DNA from: Candidatus Binatia bacterium
GTDB taxonomy: Bacteria; Desulfobacterota; Binatia; UBA9968; JAJDTQ01
Reading direction: 5' to 3'
Length of the DNA: 64,000 nt
Assembly: GCA_963664535.1 (NCBI GenBank)
Contig: OY761465.1
Location: 3,565,178-3,629,177 of the forward strand
This document shows positions 22,845 to 32,908 of the stretch, one piece after another (position 1 is the stretch's first letter; each line of letters starts with the position of its first letter). A program made the translations under genes and the position numbers. The notes under the pieces were generated by a model. It saw only the letters and a program-made list of their open reading frames with translations. It was not told the DNA's origin and ran no database searches.

Positions 22845-23741
22845 ATGATGGTCATCGACATACACCGGCATTTCTGGCGCGGGATTCAGCGCTACTACGA
22901 CGCGCAGGCATCCCCGGAAGCCCCTCCGCCCGCCAAGCCGGACTGGGAGGAGACGGCACGCGAGCATGTCGCGGAGATGGACGCCTCGGGCGTGGACGCG
23001 TCCGTGATGCTGATAGCCGACTACGGCGACCGCCTCGGTACGCCGCACTTCCCCATCGACCAGGAGAACTGGATCCTTGCGCAGGCCCAGGAGCGTCACC
23101 GGGAGTACATCATCGCCTTCTACGGCATCGATCCGCGGCGCCCAAGCGCGCCCGAGAAGTTCGAACGGGCCATCGAGGAGTGGGGCATGAACGGCATCAA
23201 GCTGCACGCCACCGCCGGCTACTTCCCCCACGACCGGGTCTGCTATCCAATCTACGAGATCTGCATCAAGCACGACGTGCCGGTGCTGCATCACTCCGGC
23301 GAGCGCTTCCACCCGCTGCTGTACAGCCGTTTCACCCACCCGCTGGAATTCGACCAAGTGGCCGTGGACTTCCCGCGCCTGAAGATGATCATGGGCCACG
23401 CCGGCGGCCAGTGGTGGGCCGACTGCGCCACCATCGCGCGCACCCACGAGAACGTGGTGGTGGATCTGGCCGAGTGGCAGACCAAGCTGCGGGACAAACC
23501 CGGGGAGACGCTCGCCGCCCTGGACCACATGCGCGACTTCCTGGGCGCCGAACGGATACTCTGGGGCACCGACTTCCCGCACATGCGCCAACAGATGTCT
23601 CTCAAGGACACCGTGGATATCTACCGCCAGCTCCCCGCCCTGGCGCGGGAGCACGGCTACCGGTTCACCGACAGCGAGGTCGAAGCCATGTTGGGCGGGA
23701 ACGCCGCGAGGATACTCGGGCGGGGCGGGTGCCTTGGCTGA
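22845..23741 (+). CDS. amidohydrolase family 2 (PF04909-like metal-dependent hydrolase/decarboxylase)
   Basis: IDIHRHF N-terminal metal-binding His pair and ILWGTDFPH C-terminal motif. Confidence 0.8.
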   Translation: MMVIDIHRHFWRGIQRYYDAQASPEAPPPAKPDWEETAREHVAEMDASGVDASVMLIADYGDRLGTPHFPIDQENWILAQAQERHREYIIAFYGIDPRRPSAPEKFERAIEEWGMNGIKLHATAGYFPHDRVCYPIYEICIKHDVPVLHHSGERFHPLLYSRFTHPLEFDQVAVDFPRLKMIMGHAGGQWWADCATIARTHENVVVDLAEWQTKLRDKPGETLAALDHMRDFLGAERILWGTDFPHMRQQMSLKDTVDIYRQLPALAREHGYRFTDSEVEAMLGGNAARILGRGGCLG

Positions 23742-23934
23742 GCGGAACGGAAGCAGTCTCGGGCGGGCTCTGTCGGAGCTTGCACGTCGCGGGTTCAAAG
23801 GGACAACCGTAGCCGGTGGTGTCGATGGCGGGGTGCCGGTGTTTCAGGTGGCCGTGGTCGCCGTGCCGATCACCAGCGAGGACGTCTACAGAGTGCTCAG
23901 CGAGTGGCCGTGACGGCGTTGCTTGATTTCAATG

Positions 23935-24744
23935 TCAGCCCAGCTCGGGGTAGCCCTGGGCCGTGGCGAGGCGTTTGAACTCGACAATCCGGTCGTATGC
24001 GGAAAGCGGTAGGATCTCCACGCCGTCGATGAACACGGCGGCGCCGGCGACGCGTACCTCCGGCTCGTCGAAGGCTTCCAGGAGCGCACTCTGTAATTGC
24101 CGGATTCGAGTCGAATCGCTGCCGGCCCGCGTCACAAAGGGTATGCCGGGGGCGTGCTCCGTGTAGCAGAGCGGGCGGGTCCCTTGGAGCAGGGAAGGGC
24201 GGTAGCGTTCGAGACAGGCATACGTAACGCAGTCGATGGCGGCGACATCGGCGTCGCCCCGCGCGACCGTGGCGACGCTCGCGGGGTGGGAGCCGCTGGT
24301 GGCGATCCGCGAGAAAAAGCGGCCCCGCTGGCTCAACGGCGCAACCAGCGCTTGGAGCGCGTTCGCCCCCGAGTGGGACTCGTGGCTGTTGACCACACAC
24401 ACCGTGTTGCGCAGGTCCGAGAGCGCCGCGGCTGGCGAATCCTCGGCGACCATGACCACGCTCGAGTACCGGCCCCCGTCGCAACCGGGCGCGGAGTAGA
24501 GCGGCGTGGCCACCAGGGCAAGGTTTCCGGCGTAGCGGCCGACGAGGTCGGCCCCGCAGCACTGGCTGAGCAGCAGCCCCGGATCGGTCCAGAACTCGTG
24601 GACGCTCCGGGATCGATCGAGGGCCGCGGGGACCCCCTCCACTCCCGCCTTTTCCAGCTTCCGCGCGACACGGTTCCAGATGACCTCGTGGGCGCCGCGC
24701 GCCTCCTCGAAGTCGTACATCGGGAAGCTCGCCGAGAGCGTCAT
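23935..24744 (-). CDS. PhnD/SsuA-like substrate-binding domain protein (phosphonate-ABC-type SBP fold) without obvious signal peptide; the start could alternatively be 24825
   Basis: MTLSASFPMYDFEEARGAHEVIWNRVARKLE...PLYSAPGCDGGRYSSVVMVAEDSPAAALSDL..., PhnD-family-like. Confidence 0.6.
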   Translation of the reverse strand: MTLSASFPMYDFEEARGAHEVIWNRVARKLEKAGVEGVPAALDRSRSVHEFWTDPGLLLSQCCGADLVGRYAGNLALVATPLYSAPGCDGGRYSSVVMVAEDSPAAALSDLRNTVCVVNSHESHSGANALQALVAPLSQRGRFFSRIATSGSHPASVATVARGDADVAAIDCVTYACLERYRPSLLQGTRPLCYTEHAPGIPFVTRAGSDSTRIRQLQSALLEAFDEPEVRVAGAAVFIDGVEILPLSAYDRIVEFKRLATAQGYPELG

Positions 24745-24860
24745 CGGGTGAGTTCGCAATCGGTGCTCGAAGTCGTCAGGGGGCAATGGTCTGGTCTCTG
24801 GGAGGTGAAATCGATGCGGCGTCATCTACCCTATACCTGCCCGTGAGCCTCGGCATCAAC

Positions 24861-25025
24861 CTAGTGTCCTGTCCCACGTAATTCATTACCAATCTGCTTG
24901 TCTTTCTTGTCGTCGACTGCGTTGCTCTTCCTCGTGTGGTGCCCGCCACTGCTCGTCATCGCGCCTTGCCGACAACAAGAAATCCTGCGCATCTTGGTAA
25001 AGAATTACGTGGGACAGGACACTAG
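24861..25025. mobile_element. MITE-like element copy 1 (165 bp) with 24-bp perfect terminal inverted repeats CTAGTGTCCTGTCCCACGTAATTC
   Basis: 24861-24884 is the exact reverse complement of 25002-25025. The internal ~115 bp is ~85% identical, in inverted orientation, to the internal part of the element at 28914-29079. The right terminus supplies the ureG stop codon. Confidence 0.6.
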
Positions 25026-25636
25026 AGCCCGCCCGTTTGCATGATGAAATCGACGACCTCTGCCAGCCCGGTTTGCTTGCGCAGGTTCGAGAACACGAAG
25101 GGCCGGTCGCCACGCATCTTGCGGGCGTCGCGGTCCATGATGTCCAGGCTCGCGCCCACCAGCGGGGCCAAGTCGATCTTGTTGATGATGAGCAGGTCCG
25201 AGCGCGTGATGCCGGGACCGCCCTTGCGCGGGATCTTGTCGCCGGCGGAAACGTCGATGACGTACAGCGTCAGGTCCGCCAGTTCCGGGCTGAATGTGGC
25301 GGCGAGGTTGTCGCCTCCGGATTCGATCAGGATGAGGTCGAGGCCCTCGAACCTTTCGTTCAGCTCCCGGACCGCGCCCAGGTTGATGGAGGCATCTTCG
25401 CGGATGGCCGTGTGCGGACAGCCGCCGGTCTCCACGCCGACGATGCGTTCCTCCGGTAGAGTGCCGGCGCGGACCAGGAAGCGGGCGTCCTCCTGCGTGT
25501 AGATGTCGTTGGTCACCGCGGCGATCTGGTAACGGTCCCGCATGGCCTTGCACAACGCGTTCATGAGGGCGGTCTTGCCCGACCCCACCGGGCCGCCAAT
25601 GCCCACCCGCAGGGGTCCGTGCGTACCGGCGGTCAT
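25022..25636 (-). CDS. ureG: urease accessory GTPase UreG
   Basis: [18 protein letters not shown]-loop and the CPHTAIRED metal-binding motif. Confidence 0.95.
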   Translation of the reverse strand: MTAGTHGPLRVGIGGPVGSGKTALMNALCKAMRDRYQIAAVTNDIYTQEDARFLVRAGTLPEERIVGVETGGCPHTAIREDASINLGAVRELNERFEGLDLILIESGGDNLAATFSPELADLTLYVIDVSAGDKIPRKGGPGITRSDLLIINKIDLAPLVGASLDIMDRDARKMRGDRPFVFSNLRKQTGLAEVVDFIMQTGGL

Positions 25637-26322
25637 GAGCGGAACAGCCTCGTGTGTTGCGTTTCGTGTTTCATGGAACTCCAGTCCACCATGGGAGTCA
25701 TGGTCCCCATGTCCTCCGGGCTTGTCGTCAGGGAGTGTTGCGCCGCCTCCAACACCACGGGTTCGAGCCGCACCAGCACCGTCTGGCCGTCGCTCTGGCC
25801 CAACGGGATCAACCTCATTCCGGCGGAAACCAGGTTAGCCGCGAAGGCCTGGATATACGTCTGTAGCGCCGGTTCGAGCGGAATGCCATGGGCGCCGCAG
25901 GCCCATCCCACGGCGACGCAATAGGATGCGGGACACGACGGCTCGGTGAGCGGAGCGAGGCCGGCCGCGTCCCAGGCCTTCGCCACGGCGCTCACGAAAG
26001 CCTCCCCCTGGGCGCCGCTCTCCAGCGCCAGCTCATGGGTGCCGCGGGACGCCGCGGCGATTTCCGCCACTTCCCGCAGCCGCGCCCGGTCCCCGTCGCG
26101 GGCGGCGTGCCAAGCGTTGCGGAAGAGCACCGCGTCCACTTGGCAACTGCCGTGGACCAGGATTCCCCGGATCCATTCCTTGAGCCCGGCCCCGTCCAGG
26201 ACATGTTCCGCTTCCACCGCATACTCCAGGCCATGGCTGTAGGCAAAGGAACCCACCGGGAAGGCCGGTGACAGCCAACTCATGAGCCGGTACAGGTCGC
26301 TACTCCGGATGGATTCTCGCAT
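25633..26322 (-). CDS. ureF: urease accessory protein UreF (start uncertain: 26346, 26322 or 26283)
   Basis: [32 protein letters not shown] parallels the UreF N-terminus. The stop overlaps the ureG start. Confidence 0.85.
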   Translation of the reverse strand: MRESIRSSDLYRLMSWLSPAFPVGSFAYSHGLEYAVEAEHVLDGAGLKEWIRGILVHGSCQVDAVLFRNAWHAARDGDRARLREVAEIAAASRGTHELALESGAQGEAFVSAVAKAWDAAGLAPLTEPSCPASYCVAVGWACGAHGIPLEPALQTYIQAFAANLVSAGMRLIPLGQSDGQTVLVRLEPVVLEAAQHSLTTSPEDMGTMTPMVDWSSMKHETQHTRLFRS

Positions 26323-26770
26323 GGTTCGTATGCTCCCGCGAAACATATGCGCCGGCCTCCGGATCGAACGGGGCCTCGACGATGCGGACTTGTCCGCCCA
26401 AGACCGCGGCCAGCCCGGTGATCACGTGGTCGTTGCGGATGCGCAGCCGACCATTCTCGATCTGCGTGGGCACGTGCCGGTTCCCCAGGTGCCAGGCGAT
26501 CCGCGTAAGTCTCCCCGGGTCATCGCAGGCAATCTCGGCGAGGATCTCGTCGGCCGCACGGACCAGGACCCAACCGCCGCTCTCCAACTGGAGGCCATCG
26601 CCGTCGTGCATCACGGCCGCCTCTCGCAGGTCCAGCATCACCCAACCGCCGCCGTCGGTCTTGAGCCGTGTCCGCCGCCGGTGCCGCCCGTCGTACGGAA
26701 GGGTCACCGTGCCGCGTGCCGAGTGTCTCGGCCACTGTCCCGCCGGGCGCGTTCTGATGGCTCGTTCCAT
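26300..26770 (-). CDS. ureE: urease accessory metallochaperone UreE (no His-rich tail)
   Basis: Hidden in the C-terminal part of the spurious 743-aa ORF. MERAIRT...WVLVRAADEILAEIACDDPGRLTRIAWHLGNRHVPTQIENGRLRIRNDHVITGLAAVLGGQVRIVEAPFDPEAGAY matches the UreE core (HLGNRH...PF.PEAGAY). Confidence 0.8.
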   Translation of the reverse strand: MERAIRTRPAGQWPRHSARGTVTLPYDGRHRRRTRLKTDGGGWVMLDLREAAVMHDGDGLQLESGGWVLVRAADEILAEIACDDPGRLTRIAWHLGNRHVPTQIENGRLRIRNDHVITGLAAVLGGQVRIVEAPFDPEAGAYVSREHTNHARIHPE

Positions 26771-26793
26771 GATCACGGGTGTCCGCCGGCGCG

Positions 26794-28503
26794 TCAGAAG
26801 AGAAAATACCGCTGCGCCATGGGCACGGTCCGCGCCGGTTCGCACGTCAGCAGCTCGCCGTCGGCGCGTACCTCGTAGGTTTCGGGGTCCACCTCCATGC
26901 GCAGGGTGGCGCCGTTGTGGATCAAGTCTTCCTTGCAGAGGTCTCGTGTTCGCTTCACTGGAAGGAGTGGCCTCCGGAGTTGCAGCGCGCCGGCGAGATC
27001 GGCGTCGAGCGCCGCGGCGCTCACGAAGGTGACAGTGTTCTCGCGTCGCGAGCCGCTGAAGGCGCCGAACATCGGCCGGTAGTGCACCGGCTGTGGGGTC
27101 GGGATGGAGGCGTTGGGGTCGCCCATGGGCGCGGCGACGATGACGCCGCCCTTGAGGATGACGTCTGGCTTGACGCCGAAGAAGGCCGGCGACCACAGCA
27201 TCAGGTCGGCGAGCTTCCCCGGTTCCACCGATCCGACGTATTCCGATATGCCGTGGGTGATGGCCGGGTTGATGGTGTACTTGGCCAGGTAACGCTTTGC
27301 CCGGACATTGTCGTTGTCCGCCGTCTCCGCGGAAAGCCGGCCGCGCTGGCGCTTCATCTTGTCCGCGGTCTGCCACGTGCGGATGATGACCTCGCCCACG
27401 CGGCCCATGGCCTGGCTGTCGGACGCCATCATGCTGAACGCGCCCAGGTCGTGCAGGATGTCCTCGGCCGCCATGGTCTCCTTGCGGATGCGGCTTTCCG
27501 CGAAGGCCACGTCCTCGGCGATGGCCGGGTCCAGGTGATGGCAGCACATGAGCATGTCGAGGTGCTCGTCCACGGTGTTGACGGTGAAGGGCCGCGTCGG
27601 GTTGGTGGAGGAGGGCAGCACGTGGGAAAGGCCGCAGAGCTTGATGATGTCGGGCGCATGGCCGCCGCCGGCGCCCTCGGTGTGGAATGTGTGGATGGTG
27701 CGGCCCTTGAACGCCCGCAGGGTGTCCTCCACGAAGCCCGATTCGTTCAGCGTGTCCGTGTGGATGAGCACCTGCACGTCGTAGGCGTCGCCCACGGACA
27801 GGCATGTGTCGATGGCGGCCGGTGTGGTGCCCCAGTCCTCGTGCAGCTTCAGGCCGCAGGCTCCCGCCCGGACCTGCTCCTCCAGAGCCGCGGGCCGGCT
27901 GGCGTTGCCCTTGCCGAAGAAGCCCAGGTTCACCGGGAACGCCTCCGCCGCCTGGAGCATGCGGCCCAGGTGCCAGGGTCCCGGCGTGCAGGTGGTGGCG
28001 TTGGTGCCCGCCGCCGGTCCCGTACCGCCGCCGAGCATGGTGGTGACGCCGCTGAAGAGTGCGTCTTCCACTTGTTGGGGACAGATGAAGTGGATGTGGA
28101 CGTCGAGCCCGCCCGCGGTGACGATCTTGCCCTCGCCGGCGATGACCTCGGTGCCCGGCCCGATGATGTTGTCCACCGCCGGTTGCGTGTCCGGATTGCC
28201 GGCTTTGCCGATGGCGTGGATACGGCCGTCCCGGATGCCGATGTCCGCCTTGACGATGCCCCAGTGGTCCAGCACCAGGGCGTTGGTGATGACCGTGTCG
28301 ATCGCGCCTTCCGCCCGGGTGGCCTGGCTCTGACCCATGCCGTCGCGGATGGTCTTGCCGCCGCCGAACTTCACCTCGTCGCCGTAGACCGTCCGGTCCT
28401 CCTCCACCTCGATAAAGAGCTCGGTGTCCGCCAGCCGGACCCGGTCCCCGACCGTTGGTCCGAACATGGCCGCGTAGGCCGCACGCTCGATCTTTCTTGC
28501 CAT
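26794..28503 (-). CDS. ureC: urease alpha subunit
   Basis: [27 protein letters not shown]..., the HxH metal ligands and the flap region. The start was chosen at an internal Met of the listed ORF. Confidence 0.95.
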   Translation of the reverse strand: MARKIERAAYAAMFGPTVGDRVRLADTELFIEVEEDRTVYGDEVKFGGGKTIRDGMGQSQATRAEGAIDTVITNALVLDHWGIVKADIGIRDGRIHAIGKAGNPDTQPAVDNIIGPGTEVIAGEGKIVTAGGLDVHIHFICPQQVEDALFSGVTTMLGGGTGPAAGTNATTCTPGPWHLGRMLQAAEAFPVNLGFFGKGNASRPAALEEQVRAGACGLKLHEDWGTTPAAIDTCLSVGDAYDVQVLIHTDTLNESGFVEDTLRAFKGRTIHTFHTEGAGGGHAPDIIKLCGLSHVLPSSTNPTRPFTVNTVDEHLDMLMCCHHLDPAIAEDVAFAESRIRKETMAAEDILHDLGAFSMMASDSQAMGRVGEVIIRTWQTADKMKRQRGRLSAETADNDNVRAKRYLAKYTINPAITHGISEYVGSVEPGKLADLMLWSPAFFGVKPDVILKGGVIVAAPMGDPNASIPTPQPVHYRPMFGAFSGSRRENTVTFVSAAALDADLAGALQLRRPLLPVKRTRDLCKEDLIHNGATLRMEVDPETYEVRADGELLTCEPARTVPMAQRYFLF

Positions 28504-28571
28504 GGGTCGCCTTTCTTGCTTCGCTCCGCATCGCCGCACGCGCGGTGGCGTGGGCGGGACGGCCGGACCGT

Positions 28572-28880
28572 TCAGTCCAACGGTCCGTCGACCTTGCCCT
28601 GGAACCCCACGACCGCGCGTTTGCCGGCGTAGCCCACCAGGGTGACGGTGCGGGTCTGTCCGGGTTCGAATCGCACCGCGGTGCCGGACGGGACGTCGAG
28701 CCGGAAGCCCCGGGCCTTGTCGCGGTCGAACACGAGGGCCTCGTTGGTCTCGTGGAAGTGGTAGTGGGAACCCACCTGCACCGGGCGGTCGCCGCTGTTG
28801 GCCACGTCCAGCGTTACCGTCTCGCGCCCGGCGTTGAGGGTGATGGGTGCCCCCTTGGTGAGAATCTCTCCCGGTATCAT
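28572..28880 (-). CDS. ureB: urease beta subunit
   Basis: [46 protein letters not shown], with an aggaggg RBS. Confidence 0.9.
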   Translation of the reverse strand: MIPGEILTKGAPITLNAGRETVTLDVANSGDRPVQVGSHYHFHETNEALVFDRDKARGFRLDVPSGTAVRFEPGQTRTVTLVGYAGKRAVVGFQGKVDGPLD

Positions 28881-28913
28881 TGAAGTCCCTCCTGTCTTGT
28901 TGGTCCCCTCACG

Positions 28914-29079
28914 CTAGTGTGGTGTCTGGTTAATTCGCATAATAATATGCGGAGGATTTTTCGTTGTCGGCAAGGCGCGATGACGAGCAGTGGCCGGGTA
29001 CCACGCGAGGAAGAGTAACGCAGCCGACGGCGAAAAAGACCCGCAGATTATTATGCGAATTAACCAGACACCACACTAA
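28914..29079. mobile_element. MITE-like element copy 2 (166 bp) with ~33-bp terminal inverted repeats (CTAGTGTGGTGTCTGGTTAATTCGCATAATAAT), inserted between ureA and ureB
   Basis: 28914-28946 is the reverse complement of 29047-29079 (one terminal mismatch). The internal sequence is homologous to copy 1 in the opposite orientation. Confidence 0.6.
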
Positions 29080-29082
29080 CTG

Positions 29083-29385
29083 CTACCGGATCGGATCGTG
29101 GACGCTCACGAGTTTGGTCCCGTCGGGGAACGTAGCCTCCACCTGGATGACCTCGATCATTTCGGGAACGCCTTCCATCACCTGCCCGCGGGTGAGGACC
29201 GTGGCGCCGTCGCGCATCAGGTCCGCAACGCCCTTGCCGTCTCGCGCCCCCTCCACCACGAAGTCCGTGATCAACGCCACGGCCTCCGGGTGGTTGAGCT
29301 TGACGCGGCGCTCAAGCCTGCGTCGAGCAACCGTCGCGGCCATTGCCACCAGAAGCTTGTCCTTTTCCCTGGGCGTCAGGTTCAT
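29083..29385 (-). CDS. ureA: urease gamma subunit
   Basis: [51 protein letters not shown]... is close to canonical UreA. Confidence 0.95.
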   Translation of the reverse strand: MNLTPREKDKLLVAMAATVARRRLERRVKLNHPEAVALITDFVVEGARDGKGVADLMRDGATVLTRGQVMEGVPEMIEVIQVEATFPDGTKLVSVHDPIR

Positions 29386-29431
29386 GCTTCACTCTCCGTC
29401 TTGATTCAGGCGGTTTCCTTGCCTTCCCACC

Positions 29432-29447
29432 CTAGTGTCCACACTAG
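29432..29447. repeat. solo 16-bp palindrome CTAGTGTCCACACTAG (joined-termini footprint of the CTAGTGT MITE family) at the ureD/ureA junction
   Basis: It is a perfect palindrome, shares the CTAGTGTCC terminus with copy 1, and provides the ureD TAG stop. Confidence 0.4.
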
Positions 29448-30307
29448 CACTCCCATACGCGCGGCAGCCGCTCCGGCAGGCCCGCCACGGCATGACGAAA
29501 GGCGGTCCAGAAGCGCGCGTATTCGGTGCGCAGCACCCATGGGTCCCGTGCCAGGAACCGGGCCACGAGCACGCCGTTGACACAGGTGACGGCGCACCGG
29601 GACTGGTTCCCGTCGAGCAGGCCGCGGGCGGTTTCGAGGTGTTGCGCACCGTCGTCCGCGACGTACAAGGCGGTCGCCAACGATCGAGCGCCATCCATGC
29701 CGGCCCGGTGCTCAAGGAGAACGCTTTCCGGCGCGCCGTAGCGCAGCGCTTCCATCCACACCCGCCGGCCGTCGCGCTCGACGGTCCAGGCATCGCGCAA
29801 TGCGCCGTTGCGGAAAACCTCGCCGCGGGCCAGGCGGCCGAACACGAGGGTCTCGCCGGCCATGATGCGGGCGCCGTCCGTGGCGCGGACGGTGGTGGCG
29901 CGGCGCAGCCGGGCGCCGTCGAACAGGATGGTTTCCTGCGGCATCCATTCCATCCAGGTCTCCTTCCCGGCCGTGATCCGCACATCGACGGTGCAGGGTT
30001 CGCCCGCGGAGCGGTAGATTTTCTCGGCGGCCTGCGTCGTTATCACGGCCCGCGCGCCCTGGCGGACGGCGAGGTCCAACTCGATCCGGTCCCCGCCGGT
30101 GAGTCCTCCGGAGGTGGTCAGGACCACCGCGGTCGCGAGGTCGGTGGTGCCCGGGAAGAAGACCCGGCAGGGGTTCCTCTGGTACAGGTGCCGAAGCCGG
30201 GTCGCTCCGTGGACCGGGCCGAAGACGATCTCCGCGCGGCCGTCGCCGCGCGGCAGCCGCGCGTGCGCGCCTTCAGACGGTAAGGTGCTTGCGCACGTCA
30301 CGCTCAA
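29444..30307 (-). CDS. ureD: urease accessory protein UreD (UreH)
   Basis: 287 aa with UreD-family similarity (..LTTSGGLTGGDRIELDL...). It overlaps the urtE 3' end. Confidence 0.85.
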   Translation of the reverse strand: MSVTCASTLPSEGAHARLPRGDGRAEIVFGPVHGATRLRHLYQRNPCRVFFPGTTDLATAVVLTTSGGLTGGDRIELDLAVRQGARAVITTQAAEKIYRSAGEPCTVDVRITAGKETWMEWMPQETILFDGARLRRATTVRATDGARIMAGETLVFGRLARGEVFRNGALRDAWTVERDGRRVWMEALRYGAPESVLLEHRAGMDGARSLATALYVADDGAQHLETARGLLDGNQSRCAVTCVNGVLVARFLARDPWVLRTEYARFWTAFRHAVAGLPERLPRVWEC

Positions 30308-30968
30308 GGAGATCCCCCTTGTCGCCGGCGAGAACGCTCTCGCCGCGGTCCATGACCACGAGCTTGTCCGCCAGATCGTGGGCGAAGTCGAAATATTGCT
30401 CCACCAGCAGGATCGCCATGTGTCCTTCCCGGGCGAGCCCGTGGATGACCTGCTTGATGTCCTTGATGATGGAAGGCTGGATGCCTTCGGTGGGCTCGTC
30501 GAGTATCAGCAGCTTGGGCCGGAGCACCAGCGCCCGCGCGATGGCGAGCTGCTGCTGCTGGCCGCCGGAGAGGTCACCGCCCCGGCGGTGCAGCATGTCC
30601 TTGAGCACCGGGAACAGTTGAAAGACCTGGTCGGGAATGGTGCGCAGGGACCTGGGCAGGGCCGGGAAACCGGTGCGCAGGTTCTCCTCCACCGTCAGCC
30701 GGGGAAAGATCTCTCGTCCCTGGGGTACGTTGCCGAAGCCCAGCCGCGCGCGCCGGTGGGCGGGAAGGCCGGTAATGTCGTCTTTTTCCCAGCGGATGCG
30801 GCCCTTCCGCACCGGCCGCAACCCCAGGATCGCGCGCAGCAGCGATGTCTTGCCGACGCCGTTCCGCCCCAGCACGCAGGTCACCTGGCCCTTGTCCACG
30901 GAGAGGGTCACGCCGCGCAGCACGCGGCTGGCGCCGTATTGGAGGTGGATGTCGTCAACCTGGAGCAT
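30273..30968 (-). CDS. urtE: urea ABC transporter ATP-binding protein UrtE
   Basis: GRNGVGKTS Walker A and the LSGGQQQQLAIARAL signature. Confidence 0.9.
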   Translation of the reverse strand: MLQVDDIHLQYGASRVLRGVTLSVDKGQVTCVLGRNGVGKTSLLRAILGLRPVRKGRIRWEKDDITGLPAHRRARLGFGNVPQGREIFPRLTVEENLRTGFPALPRSLRTIPDQVFQLFPVLKDMLHRRGGDLSGGQQQQLAIARALVLRPKLLILDEPTEGIQPSIIKDIKQVIHGLAREGHMAILLVEQYFDFAHDLADKLVVMDRGESVLAGDKGDLLERDVRKHLTV

Positions 30969-30994
30969 GGGAATCTTCCGTCACCGCGGGCGGG

Positions 30995-31789
30995 TCAGCG
31001 ACCCAGGTACACGTCCGCCACCGTGGCGTTGCTCTCCACGGCGTCCATGGAACCTTCCATGAGCATGCGTCCTTCGTGCAGCACGGTGATGCGGCCCTCC
31101 AGCGAGCGCACGAACTGCATGTCGTGCTCCACCACCACGACGGTGCGCTCGCCGGCGATGCCGCGGATGAGCGCGGCGGTCTGCTCCCGTTCGCTGTCGG
31201 TCATGCCGGCCACGGGTTCGTCCAGGAGCAGCAGCTCCTGGTCCTGGACCAGCAGCATGCCGATCTCGAGCCACTGTTTCTGTCCGTGGCTGAGGTTCCC
31301 GGCCACGGTTTCGCGGCGCCCGGCCAGCCCGATGGTTTCCATCGCAGCTTCCATCAACTCCGACGGCGGCGTCACCGCCGGCGCGAGCAGCATGGGCAGG
31401 ATGCCGCGACGGGCCTTGCGGGCGAGCTCCAGGTTTTCGGCCACGGTCAGGTTGTCGAAGACCGTGGGCTTCTGGAACTTGCGCCCGATTCCGAGGTTGG
31501 CGATGGTGGCTTCGTCGAGCCGGGTGAGATCATGGGTGTCCTTGAAGAAGACAATCCCGTTGTCCGGTTTGGATTTCCCGGTGACGACGTCCAGCAACGT
31601 GGTTTTGCCCGCCCCGTTGGGGCCGATGACGGTGCGCAGCTCGCCTTCGTCGACGATGAGCGAGAGGCCGTCCAGCGCCTTGAATCCGTCGAAGCTGACG
31701 GTGACGTTGTCCAGGTAGAGGAGCGCGCGCGGCCGGCCGGCCCTGCCGGTGGCGGCCGCCGTCGGCCGTGCCATGGCGAGATCAGGCAT
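30995..31789 (-). CDS. urtD: urea ABC transporter ATP-binding protein UrtD
   Basis: GPNGAGKTT, LSHGQKQWLEIGMLL and LLLDEP motifs. Confidence 0.9.
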   Translation of the reverse strand: MPDLAMARPTAAATGRAGRPRALLYLDNVTVSFDGFKALDGLSLIVDEGELRTVIGPNGAGKTTLLDVVTGKSKPDNGIVFFKDTHDLTRLDEATIANLGIGRKFQKPTVFDNLTVAENLELARKARRGILPMLLAPAVTPPSELMEAAMETIGLAGRRETVAGNLSHGQKQWLEIGMLLVQDQELLLLDEPVAGMTDSEREQTAALIRGIAGERTVVVVEHDMQFVRSLEGRITVLHEGRMLMEGSMDAVESNATVADVYLGR

Positions 31790-32900
31790 GTTCGGCCTCC
31801 GGACTCTCGGCCGCGTCCTCCTCCTCCGCGTTGTCTCGCCGCAGCAGCCCCACCAATCCTTGAGGCAGCAACAGCGTGATCAGCACGAACAGGGCGCCCA
31901 GGAAGAACAACCAGAACTCGGGCGCCACGCCGGTAAACCAGGTCTTGGCCGCGTTCACCGCCAGTGCTCCGACGATGGCTCCGGTGAGATAGCCGCGTCC
32001 GCCCACGGCCACCCACACGGCGATCTCGATGGAGTGGGCGGGGGAGAACTCGCTCGGGTTGATGATGCCCACCTGCGGCACGTACAGGGCGCCGGCCAGC
32101 CCCGCCAGCACGCCGGATACGGAGAAGACGAAGAGCTTGGCGTAAGTGACCGAATAGCCGAGGAAGCGCACCCGTGCCTCCGCGTCACGGATGGCCGGGA
32201 GCAGCAGCCCGAGCTTGGAGCGGGTGATGAACCGGCACAGCAGGTAGCTCCCGCCCAGCGCCAGGACCGATGCCAGGTAAAGCCCGATGCGGGTTTCCGG
32301 CGCCTGAAGCGGGAAGCCGAGCACGTCCTTGAAGTCGGTAAGGCCGTTGTTGCCGCCGAATCCCATCTCGTTGCGGAAGAACGCCAGCATGAGCGCGAAG
32401 GTCAGAGCCTGGGTCATGATGGACAGGTAGACGCCGGTGATGCGGGACCGGAAGGCGAACCAGCCGAAGACGAAGGCGAGCACGCCCGGCACCAGCAGCG
32501 CCATGATGAGGGCGAAGGCAAGGTGGTCGAAACCCCACCAGTACCACGGCAACTCGCTCCAGTTGAGAAAGACCATGAAGTCGGGCAGCTCGGCATGGCC
32601 GTAGACCCCGCGTTCGCCGATGGAGCGCATGAGGTACATGCCGAAGGCGTAACCTCCCAGCGCGAAGAACGCGCCGTGGCCCAGGCTGAGGACGCCCACG
32701 TAGCCCCACACCAGGTCGAGGCTCAGGGCCAGGATCGCGTAGCAGATGTACTTGCCGAGCAGAGGCACCCAGTGATCCGGGACATGAAGCAGCGAGCCCG
32801 GCTCCACGCCCAGGTTCAGCGCGGGCAAGCCCACCATCAGCGTGAGGCCGGCGATGACGAGCGCGATGCGGCGTTGGCGCTCCGAAGTCGACAGGTTCAT
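31782..32900 (-). CDS. urtC: urea ABC transporter permease UrtC
   Basis: Starts at the internal Met MNLSTSERQRRIALV of the listed 571-aa ORF; the rest is a branched-chain-type permease fold. Confidence 0.85.
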   Translation of the reverse strand: MNLSTSERQRRIALVIAGLTLMVGLPALNLGVEPGSLLHVPDHWVPLLGKYICYAILALSLDLVWGYVGVLSLGHGAFFALGGYAFGMYLMRSIGERGVYGHAELPDFMVFLNWSELPWYWWGFDHLAFALIMALLVPGVLAFVFGWFAFRSRITGVYLSIMTQALTFALMLAFFRNEMGFGGNNGLTDFKDVLGFPLQAPETRIGLYLASVLALGGSYLLCRFITRSKLGLLLPAIRDAEARVRFLGYSVTYAKLFVFSVSGVLAGLAGALYVPQVGIINPSEFSPAHSIEIAVWVAVGGRGYLTGAIVGALAVNAAKTWFTGVAPEFWLFFLGALFVLITLLLPQGLVGLLRRDNAEEEDAAESPEAEHA

Positions 32901-32908
32901 GGCAGGGC

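Noticed and set aside
26300-28531. 743-aa minus-strand ORF spanning the ureC locus
   Set aside because: Most of it is an out-of-frame shadow of ureC. Only the last 156 codons (26300-26770, from MERAIRT) are real and were recalled as ureE.
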